From contig NC_083449.1 of assembly GCF_020745735.1 (NCBI RefSeq), positions 13,069,868 through 13,133,867 on the forward strand: 64,000 nt of DNA, given 5' to 3'. Positions 12,441-25,520 of the stretch are shown one piece after another. Positions within the stretch are counted from its first letter, which is position 1. Every line of letters begins with the position of its first letter. The notes beneath the pieces are model-generated. The model searched no databases. It saw nothing but the letters and a program-made list of their open reading frames with translations, and was not told the origin of the DNA. Position numbers and translations under genes: made by a program. The stretch is from Hemiscyllium ocellatum (taxonomy: Eukaryota).

Positions 12441-13899
12441 AAGGTGCTGGCAGATGGGACTAGATTGGATTGGGATATCTGGTTGGCATGGACAGGTTGG
12501 ACCGAAGGATCTGTTTCCATGCTGTACATCTCTGTGGCTCTATGTCAATGTATAAGGTATGCCTCTTACAATGTGCTGCAGTTATAATTACAAACGTAAT
12601 GTCAACTCACAGAAGTGGATATTCACAGTTTACGGGTATGGAGGGTAGGAGGTCTGAGATTGTCCAATATAGTATCCGGTCACGTGCACAATTGTAGCTA
12701 TGACCTGAAACAGATCCTTACATCAATGACTGACCCCTGTTCAGTAAAACAAGAAGTTACACTTCAGAAGGTTTGAGTTACTTTCCAGTAACATACTGAC
12801 AGACATGTGAAATCTGAAATAGAGTGAACAAAAATGCTGGACATCTCAGGAACAGATGGGCAAAAAATGAAGGAATATTTCCAAATGGGGTAAAGTTTGA
12901 CCCCTTCCATCAGTGTTTGATGGAGACAGAATATACCCCGTCTTGAAGTAACAGTAGTTGACTATTACACAGAGGACCAGCGCCTCAATGGACAGATGTT
13001 GAGTCAATGCCAAATAAGGCATCGACTGTTACAAAGTGACATGGATATAAGATGCGAACAGATGTTGGTTAACAGACATTCGCATTAAACTGAGAAATGC
13101 TAGAAGTCCCTACATGGAAATGCAATACTCGTAAATGAAATTGCAAACTCTTGAGGCGGGGTATTGGGTACTCGGGGTGAGGCCTTCATAAACAACCTCT
13201 CCCTTGTCTGTAGAGAGACAGGATTCAACCCAGGTGTCAGTTCTCATTTATTTGTTCAAGTTACTAAAACGCCGAGGTGGATTGTTCACATTTAATTTCA
13301 CTCCTTGCAAGCAAAACATAAGCGCCCACATTCTTCAGTCCCACGGACAGATGCCTTTTAACATCTGCATTTATTCTCATTTCCAATGCGCGGGTTGAAT
13401 GGATTTTTTTCAGAATTGCAATAAAAAGCATTCCTCCAGCTGTCAGTGAGAGGCTTTCAAAGTGAACCGAGATAACACCAAAACAGGTGCCGGACTGAAA
13501 TGGGAATTGTGGTGCTTTTGTTGGATCTAATCTCCAGCAAGAAGGGAGGAAGACTTTAAAACATAGTCTAAAAACGGTGTTTCCAGTTGGTACGCTGAGC
13601 CGGAAGAACGTTGTGTGCTGTTTTATCAGCATGTCGTGGGTGCTATTGAAATGTGAAGTGAAAAGACAAGTTGCAGACTGCAGTGTTTCGCCGGATTAGT
13701 TTCAGCTTCAATAACCCACTGTCAAGATCAGAAAAGGATAGATGTGGGTGGGCAAATGAGGGAGACAGAGATCGTGTAAAGTATACATTGGTATTCTTAA
13801 AGGGAAATTAACATATGAGGATTAGGAATTATTCTTTGTGAAACTTCCTCAATATTTTGTACCTGATTTTTCAATCGAAAACATTTTCCTTTCTTTAAA

Positions 13900-14100
13900 T
13901 TGGCGGGCTTTTCAAATTGGAAAGAAAGCGGTTGATGATGTGGTGCCGGGAGGTTCCGCCCTCCAGCCCGAGCCCTCTCCGGTTTGGCGGATGAAGCAGA
14001 AATCTGATTGGGAATTGAAACAACATGAGGAGATGGTGAACAATGTGACCAATCAGAAATGGCCGCCTCCCCAATCCCCACCGAAGGTAGAAGAGGCCGC
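13900..14100 (+). promoter_or_regulatory. H2A promoter: E2F/CDE-CHR-like element and CCAAT boxes, no canonical TATA
   Basis: TTGGCGGGCTTTTCAAA at 13900-13916; CCAAT at 14049 and 14071; GTAGAAGA at 14087 where TATA is expected. Confidence 0.7.
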
Positions 14101-14152
14101 AATGTGGGCGGATTGCAGCATTCTCTGTGGAAGTGCTTGTGAGATTGTGACA

Positions 14153-14545
14153 ATGTCTGGAAGAGGAAAGGGCAGTGGGGGCAAAGCTCGCAATAAGGCC
14201 AGGTCTCGGTCATCCCGGGCTGGCCTGCAGTTCCCGGTGGGCCGTGTTCACAGGCTCCTGAGAAAGGGCAACTATGCTGAGCGGGTGGGGGCCGGAGCGC
14301 CGGTCTATCTGGCTGCGGTGCTGGAGTATCTGGCGGCTGAAGTGCTCGAGTTGGCCGGGAACGCGGCCCGGGACAACAAGAAGACCCGCATCATCCCCAG
14401 GCACCTGCAGCTGGCCGTGCGCAACGACGAGGAGCTCAACAAGCTGCTGGGAGGGGTGACCATCGCTCAGGGCGGGGTGCTGCCTAATATCCAGGCCGTG
14501 CTGCTGCCCAAGAAATCCGCCGCTGCTGGGGCCGCGAAAAAGTGA
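14153..14545 (+). CDS. H2A: Histone H2A (130 aa)
   Basis: MSGRGK...[32 protein letters not shown]...VLLPKK; ATG at 14153; no SQ(E/D)Y tail, so not H2A.X. Confidence 0.99.
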   Translation: MSGRGKGSGGKARNKARSRSSRAGLQFPVGRVHRLLRKGNYAERVGAGAPVYLAAVLEYLAAEVLELAGNAARDNKKTRIIPRHLQLAVRNDEELNKLLGGVTIAQGGVLPNIQAVLLPKKSAAAGAAKK

Positions 14546-14575
14546 AGGCACCGTTCTTGAATCTGACAACCCAAA

Positions 14576-14591
14576 GGCTCTTTTAAGAGCC
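14576..14591 (+). terminator. Histone 3' stem-loop (H2A)
   Basis: CCAAA-GGCTCTTTTAAGAGCC-ACCCA, followed by the purine-rich HDE GAAAGAGAG. Confidence 0.98.
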
Positions 14592-15282
14592 ACCCACAGC
14601 ATCTGGGAAAGAGAGGAGACCCTGCCAGCTAGCCGATTAATGTTGCCTTTTAATGTGAAGAGTCCAGGATTTGGTCATTGATCGTGAATCATGCTTATAA
14701 TCGCGAAAAGAAATTATTTTTATTTCAATACGGAGAGGCCCGTACACTGATCCCGGTATCGGTTATTTTCTGTCTCGGTGTTGGAGACTGTATTGTCACT
14801 GTGGGAGCAGAGAGAGTTTATCATCAAATGTAACTGTGACAGTTTCTGGAAATGCATTATTTCTCAGTGCACGGTCATTGCCTGAGTGGTCTCAATCTTT
14901 AGTTCTCTGTCCAATGTATTTAGAATATTCCTCGACATGTTGGCGGGCTTTCCAAGTTTGAAAATAAGCGGTTGATCTCTTGGCGCCAACTGTGTCCCTC
15001 CCCTCGCCAGCCCCAAAACCTTGCTCATACCAAAGGAGATAATGAGGAGACGGGGATTTTCCGGGAACTTCTAAAATGACACTGCATAATATAATCCCAT
15101 AATAAATCCTGCACCACTGAAGATCTGATGAGATGTAAATTCACTGGCGCTGCCAGTGAGTTCTGCCTCTTAGCAAAGCCCCACACACGCACTAACCTGT
15201 CCCTATATTCTCCCTGTCCGTATAATAACGATAACAATGACCCCCCACCCCGTGAATTCCTGCTCCCTCTGGATGGTGTGGT

Positions 15283-15298
15283 GGCTCTGAAAAGAGCC
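15283..15298 (-). terminator. Histone 3' stem-loop (H3)
   Basis: Minus strand GGCTCTTTTCAGAGCC-ACCA. Confidence 0.98.
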
Positions 15299-15351
15299 GT
15301 TGTGTGTCTCTCTGTTTAGGGGTGAATGTACAGGGCCGGCCGCGCTCCCGT

Positions 15352-15777
<426 letters not shown>

Positions 15778-15829
15778 CTAACACTCACACAGGCTGCTGC
15801 TGCTGTCAATGCTGAGGCTGCTGCAGTGC

Positions 15830-15990
15830 TGCCTTTTTAAGGGGATGGAGAGCCCTCCCTAGAGCTGGGATTGGATATAGACCCGTCCCTCAGCTCACTG
15901 AGAAACCGCTCCTGAAGGTGCAGAAAAGGCAGGAAAAGAATCATTGCAGGCTAATTGGTTCACTTGGACCATTTCAAAAAGCCCGCCGAT
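15830..15990 (-). promoter_or_regulatory. H3 promoter: TTAAAAA box, two CCAAT boxes, CDE/CHR
   Basis: Minus strand TTAAAAAG at ~15840-15833; CCAAT at ~15870 and ~15955; GGCGG-GCTT-TTTGAA at 15987-15973. Confidence 0.75.
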
Positions 15991-16626
15991 TTCACCCTCA
16001 CAAACCCGGAGATGAAATTAAACATGAAGAAGCAAAACACCATGGGTCCCCAATTAAGATAAACTGTTATACTTTATAGCAGTATGTTACACTCCAGTTA
16101 GCAGTGAGGGCGGGCAGGGGGCGGGATCACTGCCTGATCTGTCTGTCACAGGCAGGAGGGAAACGCGGGCTTTATAACAGCCGGGACAAACTGAATGGGA
16201 AACGGTTGCTAATGAAGCGATGCAACCGCGCCGCTTTAAACAAAGATACTGAAACACGGCCCACTGTCCTTGGGCAAAGTTACCCAATCTCAGCCCGAGT
16301 AAGGACAGCTTTTTATAATCAATTGCAGTGAACCTGAATACAATTGCCATTGTAGCCTTCCACATAAACCTGTCGGCACAACGTGGTGTTGGGTCAATGT
16401 TAACAACTTACATTGAAACAGGCCGATGGAAAGATCAAAGCTCAAAACTATTATCCCCACAAAGCATGGAATACAAATACTGCAATATACAACATTAGTG
16501 TCTGGGCAGAATTACCAATCGCGATGTGATGTATTAAACGTGTAGTAACCTGGTACAGAACACCATCCCCTCCCTCTGTGCTCTCTCCGGCCTCAGGTCC
16601 CCGCTCTCAATGGGAAGATTTGGGAT

Positions 16627-16642
16627 GGCTCTGAAAAGAGCC
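16627..16642 (-). terminator. Histone 3' stem-loop (H4)
   Basis: Minus strand CCAAA-GGCTCTTTTCAGAGCC. Confidence 0.98.
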
Positions 16643-16675
16643 TTTGGGTTCGCTGGAAAAAGGGTCGCTTGATGC

Positions 16676-16996
<321 letters not shown>

Positions 16997-17040
16997 TCAC
17001 TCCAATCGCTGCTGAATGAGAGCCGAGCTGCCTGCCCTTC

Positions 17041-17080
17041 CTTTTTTATACAGCCCGGCCCGACCTGACTGAGAAAGGGT
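17041..17080 (-). promoter_or_regulatory. H4 promoter: TATA and H4 site II-like element
   Basis: Minus strand TCAGTCAGGTCGGG just upstream of TATAAAAAAG. Confidence 0.75.
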
Positions 17081-17659
17081 TGACAGAGAGTGAGAGGCTG
17101 GTCCGGAGAGGAAACGGAGTGACAGACAGAGTGATCCTGCAGCTCCGCCTCCAGCTAACTGCAGCCCCAACTCTCTCTCTGGAACTAAAGCTTTTCTCCA
17201 CAATGGCACAGAATTCAGAGTAAAAGATCAGTGTCATACAACCGATGCACAAACCCAGATTGCTGTAAAATTTTGAATCATTTAGAGTGGGGATGCATGT
17301 TTCGATTCATTAATATAGAAATCCCAGACCTTCTTTCAAGTCACATTCCCGAGCTAACTTAAGGATTTATGAAGAAAAGATGATATCTCAGCTGAGACAA
17401 TACATTAAAGGTGTGAGGTTCAAGTCTGGTTTTTTTGCCAACCTTGCGTCAGACTGGTTCTATTTCCAAAGTAGGAATTGATAAAATGTCACATGAACTG
17501 GCTGCGAGCAGATTGTGTGTAATTTGAACAATATAGTAAATTCACCTCTGACATTGTGTGGTTTTTAATTTCGCTTTATTGTCGAGTGTGGGACAGGGAC
17601 TGGGTGTAAATCACAGCAAGAAAGTGTCTATCGAGTTTTGCAAATCAATCAATATCTAA

Positions 17660-18020
17660 GGTATGTCTGCACTCAGCATAGACCGGGACAGGGATCACTT
17701 GATCCAGGCTCAGCTCTTTCCTGAGAGATGTGGGTAGCTCTGAGAAGAGCCTTTGGGTTCACATGTTTACGTGTTACACCAACTTTGCTTTTTCTGCTTT
17801 CTTTGTGACTTTCAATTTGGGCAAAGTCTTGGGTTGAATGAGAATGGCCAGTGACTTCAATTTGCTCCTCCTGCCCTGAGAGTTAACAGTAATTCTCCAT
17901 TTCAACCAGACTTCAGCACGATAGGTGGTAGCTGAGCACCCTTCAGGGTGAGCAGGTGCCTGGTCAGACTTGCTGAGTGAACGAACAGAGACTGCCTCAG
18001 TTATAATCCTGGAGGATTGG
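17660..18020 (-). pseudogene. H1-derived remnant with CCAAT, TATA, a short start-less frame and a stem-loop
   Basis: 17660-17810 is colinear with the H1 3' end at 48477-48630. Stem-loop GGCTCTTCTCAGAGCT at 17751-17736 with HDE GAAAGAGCTG. TATAA at 18005-18001; CCAAT at 18020-18016. Confidence 0.8.
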
Positions 18021-18619
18021 TTACTGGCTCAGTGCTACATGTCCAGTTCTGTTCACCATATCACTCACAATAACCAATACAATACCAGAGAGATTTGGGG
18101 TTGAGGGTTCAATGGTGCAGGTTGCTTTTGGTGTCAAATCGGATCAGTGTCAGGCATCATTTGGTCATCTGGTGTATTACAGCAGAATGCACACAAATAC
18201 ATAGCAACATCCCATTGTCATGAAACACAGTCATTCGCTATGTTCATTACCTGGGTTAGACTGAGTTTGAGTCTCAGAACATCATACAACAGGAACAAGA
18301 GACAGTCAATCAGCCCAATGAATCATTGTGTACAATCATGGCTGATCAGGAAGTTCCAAATCTCTTACCCATAATATCCTATAACTTCTCACATCATTGA
18401 CAATCAAAAGTTAATTGATCTATACTTTAGCATACTCAAAGACTGGCCTTCTACAACCTCCAGGAAACAGATTTCCAAATATTCACCATTTCCTGTTTAA
18501 AGAAAACTGCGGTTTCATTCCTGAACTGACTCTCTGTTTCTTTTCAATTCCAGCCTCCAGGTTCTAGACACCCACTGCAGACATCTTGCAGGGCAGACCT
18601 CTAGCCTGGGCTGAATACA

Positions 18620-19550
18620 TAATATGTACATTAATGATTTGGAGGAAGGAATAGGTGGTTTGATTAGCAAGTTTGCAAATGACACTAAATAGCAGAAGGG
18701 GACTGTCAGAGAATACAGCAGGATATGGATAGATTGGAGAGGAAATGGCAAATGGAGTTCAATCCAGTCAAATGTGAGGTGATGCATTGTGTAAGATCCA
18801 ATTCAAAAGTGAACTACATGGTAAATGGAAAAGCACTGGGGAAAATTGATGTGCAGAGACCTGGGTGTTCAGTCCCTTGAATCCTGAAGGTGGAAACACA
18901 AGTTTACAAAGTGGTCAAGAAGGCATACAGCATGCTTTCCTTCATCAGATGGGGTATTGAGTACAAGAGTTGGGAGGTCATGGTACAGAGATATAAGATT
19001 TTGCTTTGGTCACATTTGGAATACTGTGTACAGTTCTGGTTATCATATTCCCAAAGGGATGTGGATGCTTTGGAGATAGTACACAGGAGGTTCACCAGGA
19101 TGTTGCCTGGTATGGAGGCATGAGCAATGAGGAGAGTTTGAGGAGATTAGGATTATTTTCATTAGAAAGACAAAGGTTGAGCGGGGACCTGTTGAGAGCT
19201 ACAAAATCATGAGAGGGTGGATAGCAAGTAGCTTCTTCCCCAGAGTGGGGGAGTCAATTACTAGGAGTCATGATCTCAAGGTGAGAGGGGAAAAGTTTAA
19301 GCGAGATATGCATGGAAACTTCTTTATGAAGAGTGGTGGGTGCTTGGAATGTGTTGCCAGCGGAGGTGGTAGAGGCTGGCATGACACTGTCATTTAACAT
19401 GTATCTAGACTGACACATTAATGAGCAGGGAGCAGAGAGATACAGATCCTTAGAAAATAGGCGACATGTTTGGATATAGAGGATCTGGAACAGCACAGGC
19501 TCGGAGGGCTGAAGGGCCTCTTCCAGTGCTGTAATTTTCTTTGTTCTCTT
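18620..19550 (+). mobile_element. CR1 LINE fragment
   Basis: ORF 18890-19123 (SHLEYCVQFW...RRFTRMLPG) followed by a 3' UTR. Confidence 0.9.
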
Positions 19551-20604
19551 TATTCTGGTTTAAAGCTGTGTATGACCTTGGGTACTTTGTGGATTTCAGT
19601 GTGATAGTTTCTCATTCATCAAAACTAGAAAATACTGGTCCAATTTCTCAAACTCTCTCCCAATCCTGTGATCCTGGGAACAAGGTGGGTAAACTGCCAT
19701 TGCACTCTCAATATGGCAATTCTATCTTTTCTTGTGAATACACAAACCAAAAATGGACCATGATTTCAGGTGCAGTCTAACCAATTTCTTGCACAATTGA
19801 AGCAAGACTTTCCTACTCCTCAACTTCCCTAATCCATTCTTTTAAGAATGGATTCCATTCCATGAGCTTTCCTAACAACATACACACCTGCATGTTTGCC
19901 TTCAGTGACTTACTGACAAGGACACCCAAGGCAATTTGTAAATCTGCATTTTCCAGCCTCTCATGATTTTGACATCTGTTTCTCCAACAAAAGTGCATGA
20001 CAAATTGTTGGAGGGAATCCTGAGGGACAGAATTTACATATATTTGGAAAGGCAAGGACTGATTAGGGATCGTCAAAATGTTGTTGTGCATAGAAAATTG
20101 TGTCTTACTAACTTGACTGAGTTTTCTGAAGTAACAAAAAGAGGATTGATGATGGCAGGGGAGTGGATGTGATCTGTATGGTCTTCAGAAAGGCATTTGA
20201 CAAGGTTCCTCGTGGTAGGCTGGTGAGCAAGGTTAGACCACGTGGAATACAGGGAGAACTAGCCATTTGGATACAGAACTAACTCAAAGGTAGGAGACAG
20301 AGGGTGCCGATGGAGGGTTGCTTTTCAGCCTGGACGCCTGTGATCACCAGAGAACCACAAGCATTGGTGCTGGGTCCACTGCTATTTGTCATTTATATAA
20401 ATGATTTGGATGTAAACATTGGGGTATAGTTAGTAAGTTTGCAGATGACACCAAGATTAGAGGAACAGTGTAAAGCAAAGTGAGTTACCTCAGAGTACAG
20501 TGAGACCTTGATCAGATTGGCCAATGGTTCAAGGAGTGGCAGGTGGAATTTAATTTTGATAAATGTGTTGTGTTGCATGTTGCAAAGGCAAATCAGGGCC
20601 AGAA

Positions 20605-21172
20605 TCATTAAGTTCTTTTACTCTTGACATTCCTACACACTTGATGGAACTGCAACACACCTGACTTCTGTGAACAAGCAACAACATTTATTAAGTACAG
20701 GACAGTACAAGCTTTCTGGAGAAACCTTTAACACACACCTCGCAGAGCTTATGGGGTCGTGGCAAAAGCTCTATCTGAGCAAAGGGAACAGTCTTTCCTT
20801 TATACAAAAGTCTTTACGTCACAGTTAGTAATGCCCACAAGACAACCTCCAGCCATCCCCTCATAGTCACATGCCACACAAGATACAAAGCAGTGACCCC
20901 CCCAGCTCCAGAAACAATGTAATACAAATCATCCCTTCATGGTCACATCTGTTGCAAACCATTGTTTTGTAACTATAGGGGAGGAGTGACATGCCAACTG
21001 TAATGTTCTAATTGATTTCTGGATGAAAATGTAAGTCATCCCTGAATGGCAAGGAAATGGCCACGTAAACCTCCCACATTCCACCGATAAGACAAAGACA
21101 CACCACCCTCCCCTAGGGGGCATTCAATATCTTGCAGGTCAGCAGAGCAAGTTCACTCTCTAATGTCTCAGA
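20605..21172 (-). mobile_element. Probable solo LTR nested in CR1
   Basis: A ~570-bp non-CR1 block splits the CR1 reading frame. Minus-strand TATAAA (20804-20799) precedes AATAAA (20692-20687), the U3-R-U5 order. Termini are not clean. Confidence 0.45.
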
Positions 21173-21415
21173 GTTATGGTAATATCTTGGGGTGTGTTGC
21201 TGACCAAAGCGACCTTGGAGTGTAGTTTCATAGTTCCTTGAAAGTGGGGTCCCAGGGAGACAGAATAGTGAATAAGACATTTGATATGCTTGCCTTTCTT
21301 GGTCAGTGCATCGAGTATAGGAGCTGGGAGGTCATGTTGCAGATGTACAGGACATTGGTTATGTCACTTTTGGAACATTGTGTGCAATTCTGGCCTTCCT
21401 CCTATTCAAATAATC

Positions 21416-21740
21416 ATAGAATCCCTACAGTGTACAAACAGGCCATTTGACCCAACAAATCCACACTGACCCTCTGAAGAGTATCCTCACCAGACCTATT
21501 CCCTGAGGAATGACTCCACATTTCCCCTGACTAATGCAACAAACCTACACATCCTTGAACACTAGGGGCAATTGAGCTTGGCCAATTCACCGAACCTGCA
21601 TATCTGGAGCACCTGGAGGAAACCCACGCACACACGGGGAGCATGTGCAAGCTCCACACAGACTGTCGCCCGAGGCTGCTCTCAAACCAGGGTCACTGGC
21701 GCTGTGAGGCAACAGTGAAACCCAAAGAGCCACCATGCCA
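21416..21740 (-). mobile_element. HE1-type tRNA-derived SINE
   Basis: Minus strand: tggcatggtggctc (A box)...cctcacagcgccag...tctgtgtggagcttgcacatgctccccgtg...gggtttcctcc core, then a CR1-like tail. Confidence 0.85.
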
Positions 21741-21989
21741 CTGACTGGAAGAATGGTATGAAACATGAGAGGGTTCATAAAAGATGAACAAGGATGTTGT
21801 CAAGATGGGAGGATTGGAGGTAGAGGGAGAGTCTGAATAGGCAGGGGCTATATTCCCTAGAACTTTGGAGACTGAGGGGTGACCCTTTAGAGGTTTATAA
21901 AACAATAAAGTGTACTGATGGGGTAAATAGTAGGTGTCATTTCGCTAGGATGGGGCAGTTTCAAGACTATGGAGCATATTGTAAGGGAC

Positions 21990-22203
21990 AGTCAAGAATC
22001 TGGTGCTGGAAAAGCACAGCAGGTCAGGCAGTATCTGAGGAGCAGGAAAAGCGACATTTCGGGCAAAAGCCCTTCATTAGGAATTCGGGCTTTTGTCCAA
22101 AATGTCGAGTTTCCTGCTCCTTGGATGCTGCCTGACCTGCTGTGCTTTTCCAGCACCACACTCTTGACTCTAAACTCCAACATCTGCAGTCCTCACTTTC
22201 ACC
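21990..22203. mobile_element. Palindromic Penelope-like termini
   Basis: gtgctggaaaagcacagcaggtcaggcag mirrored by ctgcctgacctgctgtgcttttccagcac. Confidence 0.85.
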
Positions 22204-23141
22204 ATATTTTAAGGTGAGGAGAGAGATTTATAAAAAGACATGAGGCGCAATTTTCTTTACACAGATGGTGGTTCGCATGTGCAATTAACGTCCTGTGGTA
22301 GTGGTGGATGCAGACACAGTTACAACATTTATTAGACAGTCAGATAAGTACATGAATAGTAAAGGTTTGGAGGGATATGCACCAGCAGGAGGCAGGTGGG
22401 ACTAGTTTAGTTTGTGATTCTGGTCAGCATGGACTGGTGGACAGAAGGGTCTATTCCTGTGCTGTGTCTCTCTGGCTCCATTATGAATCGAAGTCATTTT
22501 GAACGGATCATTTCTCACTACCTGCCATGTCATTCCATGGCTGTTCCCAATGTAACAGATGTCTCAGTACAGTGTGTGTATTTGGGACCCGTTTTACACC
22601 AGTCAGTTTGTGTGCACACCGTCACCATGCTTGTTTTGTCAGACTTTGGCACAGTATGTGTGTTTGGATTTCACATTATTTAATTGTTGTGTCTATGTAT
22701 TGGACAACTGTTCATCAAAGGAGGATAATTCTGTCCCGTTTAGTTATAAGTAATATTAATGTGTTTCATCCTCTACTTTGGCAACTTGTCCTGCCTGTGA
22801 ACGCAGTTTCCTTCTATCTCTGTATTTTTAACACTGACCTTATGTATGGCTGTTGAAATGATGTAAAAGTGAAATCTATTTGTTTTCCTTGATTAGAACT
22901 ACAAAAATGCCCTTCTCAAATGCAGATTTAATGGTGTCCACGCGTGTCTATTTCCAATCAGGTTCAGTCTCTCCCTCGTCAAAAAATGGTGTAAATGTCA
23001 ATAGGCTGTGAGTGATAAAACTTATTGGAACTGGGCTGGTGTGACTGAGAACGGAGAGAGAAAAATGTAATTCCTTGGTGGCATTTGACTCTTGATTTGA
23101 ACATCTCTCTGGGAATTGACTCCAATGTGGGTCTAAAACTG

Positions 23142-23356
23142 AGAGAACTGCAGATGCTGTAAATCAGAAACAAAACCAGAAATTGCTGGAAAAGCTCAGC
23201 AGGTCTGCCAGTATCTGCGGAGAGAAATCAGAATTAACATTTCGGGCTGAGTTCTCAGAACCAGTTCTGAGGAAGGGTCACACGTCCCAAAACATTAACT
23301 CTGATTTCTTTCCACAGATGCTTCCAGACCTGCTGAACTTTCCCAACAATTTCTGT
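23142..23356. mobile_element. Palindromic Penelope-like termini (third family)
   Basis: cagaaattgctggaaaagctcagcaggtctg mirrored by cagacctgctgaactttcccaacaatttctg; CTGAGGA core. Confidence 0.75.
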
Positions 23357-23369
23357 ATGTGTAACATTC

Positions 23370-23451
23370 CTGCTGTTTGGCAGAAGCAGCTGGTCACACT
23401 TGGTTTTGTACTGAGGAAATATTACATTGTCTTGATCCTTTGATTATTTAC
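23370..23451 (-). other. 82-nt exon-like module copy (donor GT mutated to GA)
   Basis: Acceptor tcttctgtcttcttacAG; donor position reads GAATGT. Confidence 0.55.
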
Positions 23452-23699
23452 CTGTAAGAAGACAGAAGAGATATCTCTTCAGCATTAGGCATGATTGCCA
23501 GGATCAAATTGAACTATGTAACATTCAGTTAGTAATCGTTAGGATGTTATTCTTTAAAACTAATGATTCAAACTGAAACATGTATGTGTTTCCATTCTTG
23601 GACTGAGCTACTATGTTTTAAGGGTTCTATACCAATTCACTGAGATCCAGAGACTAACCAATACCTGTACAGCTCCATGAACAGGACCACCTGACGAAA

Positions 23700-24670
23700 C
23701 TGTGGATATGAGCATCGAGTTACCAATCTGCTTATGTTAGTTTCAAATGAATACTGCATTTGAGAAAAGTTATCAATTTTACCTGTTAGTTTCTGTGAAG
23801 AAGGTTAGGGTCTAGCCTATTTCCATGATACACTGTATTTTGAGGGGGCATGGTCTGGTGCATAACAGTGAATTTAGTTATTGATCTGTACCTGTCAGAT
23901 TCTGCTTTTGAATATGAGTGTACTTTTGAAACTGTACAGTTTAAACTATCTGAATATGTGAGTGTAGTTATCAATCTGTCCCTAGATGACTTGTACATAT
24001 ACTTTCATGTGCACAAAGCAGAGTGTGACAGGGACAGATTAATAACTATATTCAAATGTTCACATCACATAAACTGACAGGGACAGATTGATAAATAACA
24101 TCACATATCCACATAATAGAAACTGTCAGGGACTGGCTGATAAATACATTGATATATTTAGACAGCAATCAGGCTCTGATTGTTTCATTGAGGTGAATAT
24201 GTGAATTTAGTTACACAATGTGTATCTGTCCCTTTCTGACATGGGAATGTGTGAGTACAGTTATCATTCTCTCCCTGTCTGTTTCGGTTTTGTTGTCTCT
24301 GTCAATGTGAGTGTAGTTGTCAATCTGTACCTGGCAGACCTTGCTGTGTGAATATGTAAATATAGTTATCAAGCTGTACCTGTCAGTTTCTGCTGGCAAA
24401 ATATGTGAATGTGGTTATCAGTCTTTCCCTGTCAAGCTCTCTAATGTAAATATGAGTGTATTTAACAATCTTTTCCTGTTAATTTCTGTGTTACGAAGAT
24501 GTGAATGTCGTTATCAATTGTAGCTGTCAGTTTCTGCTCTGTGAAGATGCAAATGTAGTTGTCAATCTCAAACTGTCACTTTGTGCTTTGTTAATATGAG
24601 AGTCTCATTCTCCATCTTCCTCTGAAATATTACTTCTTTGTCTGCATGTGGGAGTGTATTTACCAATCGG
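23700..24670 (-). repeat. 49-bp satellite, inverted, with an internal re-inverted block at ~24010-24170
   Basis: tagttatcaatctgtacctgtcagtttctgct units. Confidence 0.85.
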
Positions 24671-24674
24671 TCAA

Positions 24675-25520
24675 ACCTTTTGACAAGGTCCCACATTAGA
24701 GACCGATTGAGAGAGTTAAATCATATGGAATTCAGGGAAACTGGAATGCACTGCCTGGGAAGGTTGTGGAAGCCACAAACCTTAGAACCTTAAAAAGATA
24801 CTTGGATGAGCACATCAAGGAAATGGGACACGTGCAGCAAATTGGGATTAGTGTGCCCTCAATGGGAGTTATCATCAATGCAGACTGATATGCCGAATGG
24901 CCTTTTCTGTACTCCCTCCCTTTTCTTGACCTCTCCATTTCCATCTCCAGATGGACATTTACTATAAACCCACAGAGTCTCACAACTACCTGGATGACAC
25001 AACCTCCCACTCAGTATTCTGCAAAAACCCCATCCCAATCTCCCAATTCCTCCACCTCCAACCCATCTGCTCGGAGAAGGAGTCATTCCACTCCCAAGCA
25101 CCCAAAACGTTCACCCCGTTTAAAATCACCCCTCGGCCTCCGATGCTAATGGGATAAAAGTCCCAGACTGTTCACAATCTCCTTAAATTTCAAACCCTCT
25201 AGCCCTGGCAACAACTCTGTCAATCATTTTTGCACCCTCTCAGGATTAATGCCATCCTTCTGAAAGCAGGGTGACCAGAATGTTACACAGTATTCTACAA
25301 GTGCCCTACCTTATGTCCTGTGCAGCCCTAACATGATGTCCCAACTCCTATACTCAATGTGCAGAGCAAAGGAGGCAAACATGGCAAGCCCCTTTTTCAC
25401 ATCCTTGTTCACCTGGGACTCCACTTCCAAAGAACAACACACATGCAATCCTAGGTCTCTGTGTTTGGCAACTCTCCTCAGGACCCTACCATTGACTGTA
25501 CAAGTCCTGCACTGTTTTGC
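24675..25520. mobile_element. Mosaic of CR1 and Penelope-like RT fragments
   Basis: FDKVPH and DIYYKPT.SH.YLD motifs, then a minus-strand CR1 fragment at 25150-25520. Confidence 0.75.

Larger units (their letters stand above)
19990..22470 (+). mobile_element. Degenerate CR1 LINE with nested insertions
   Basis: AFDKVP, VLGPLLF, YINDL and FADDTK coding remnants, interrupted at ~20605, ~21416 and ~21990. Confidence 0.85.

Noticed and set aside
13838-14152. N-terminal extensions of H2A, and similar ones for H2B, H3, H4 and H1 in the ORF track
   Set aside because: They begin at non-ATG codons in promoter or 5' UTR sequence; canonical ATGs lie downstream.
14153-14545. H2A.X assignment suggested by LLGGVTIAQ
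   Set aside because: No C-terminal SQ(E/D)Y motif.
21690-21740. tRNA-like A/B boxes
   Set aside because: Head of an HE1-type SINE, not a cloverleaf tRNA gene; no tRNA or rRNA genes were recognised in the window.
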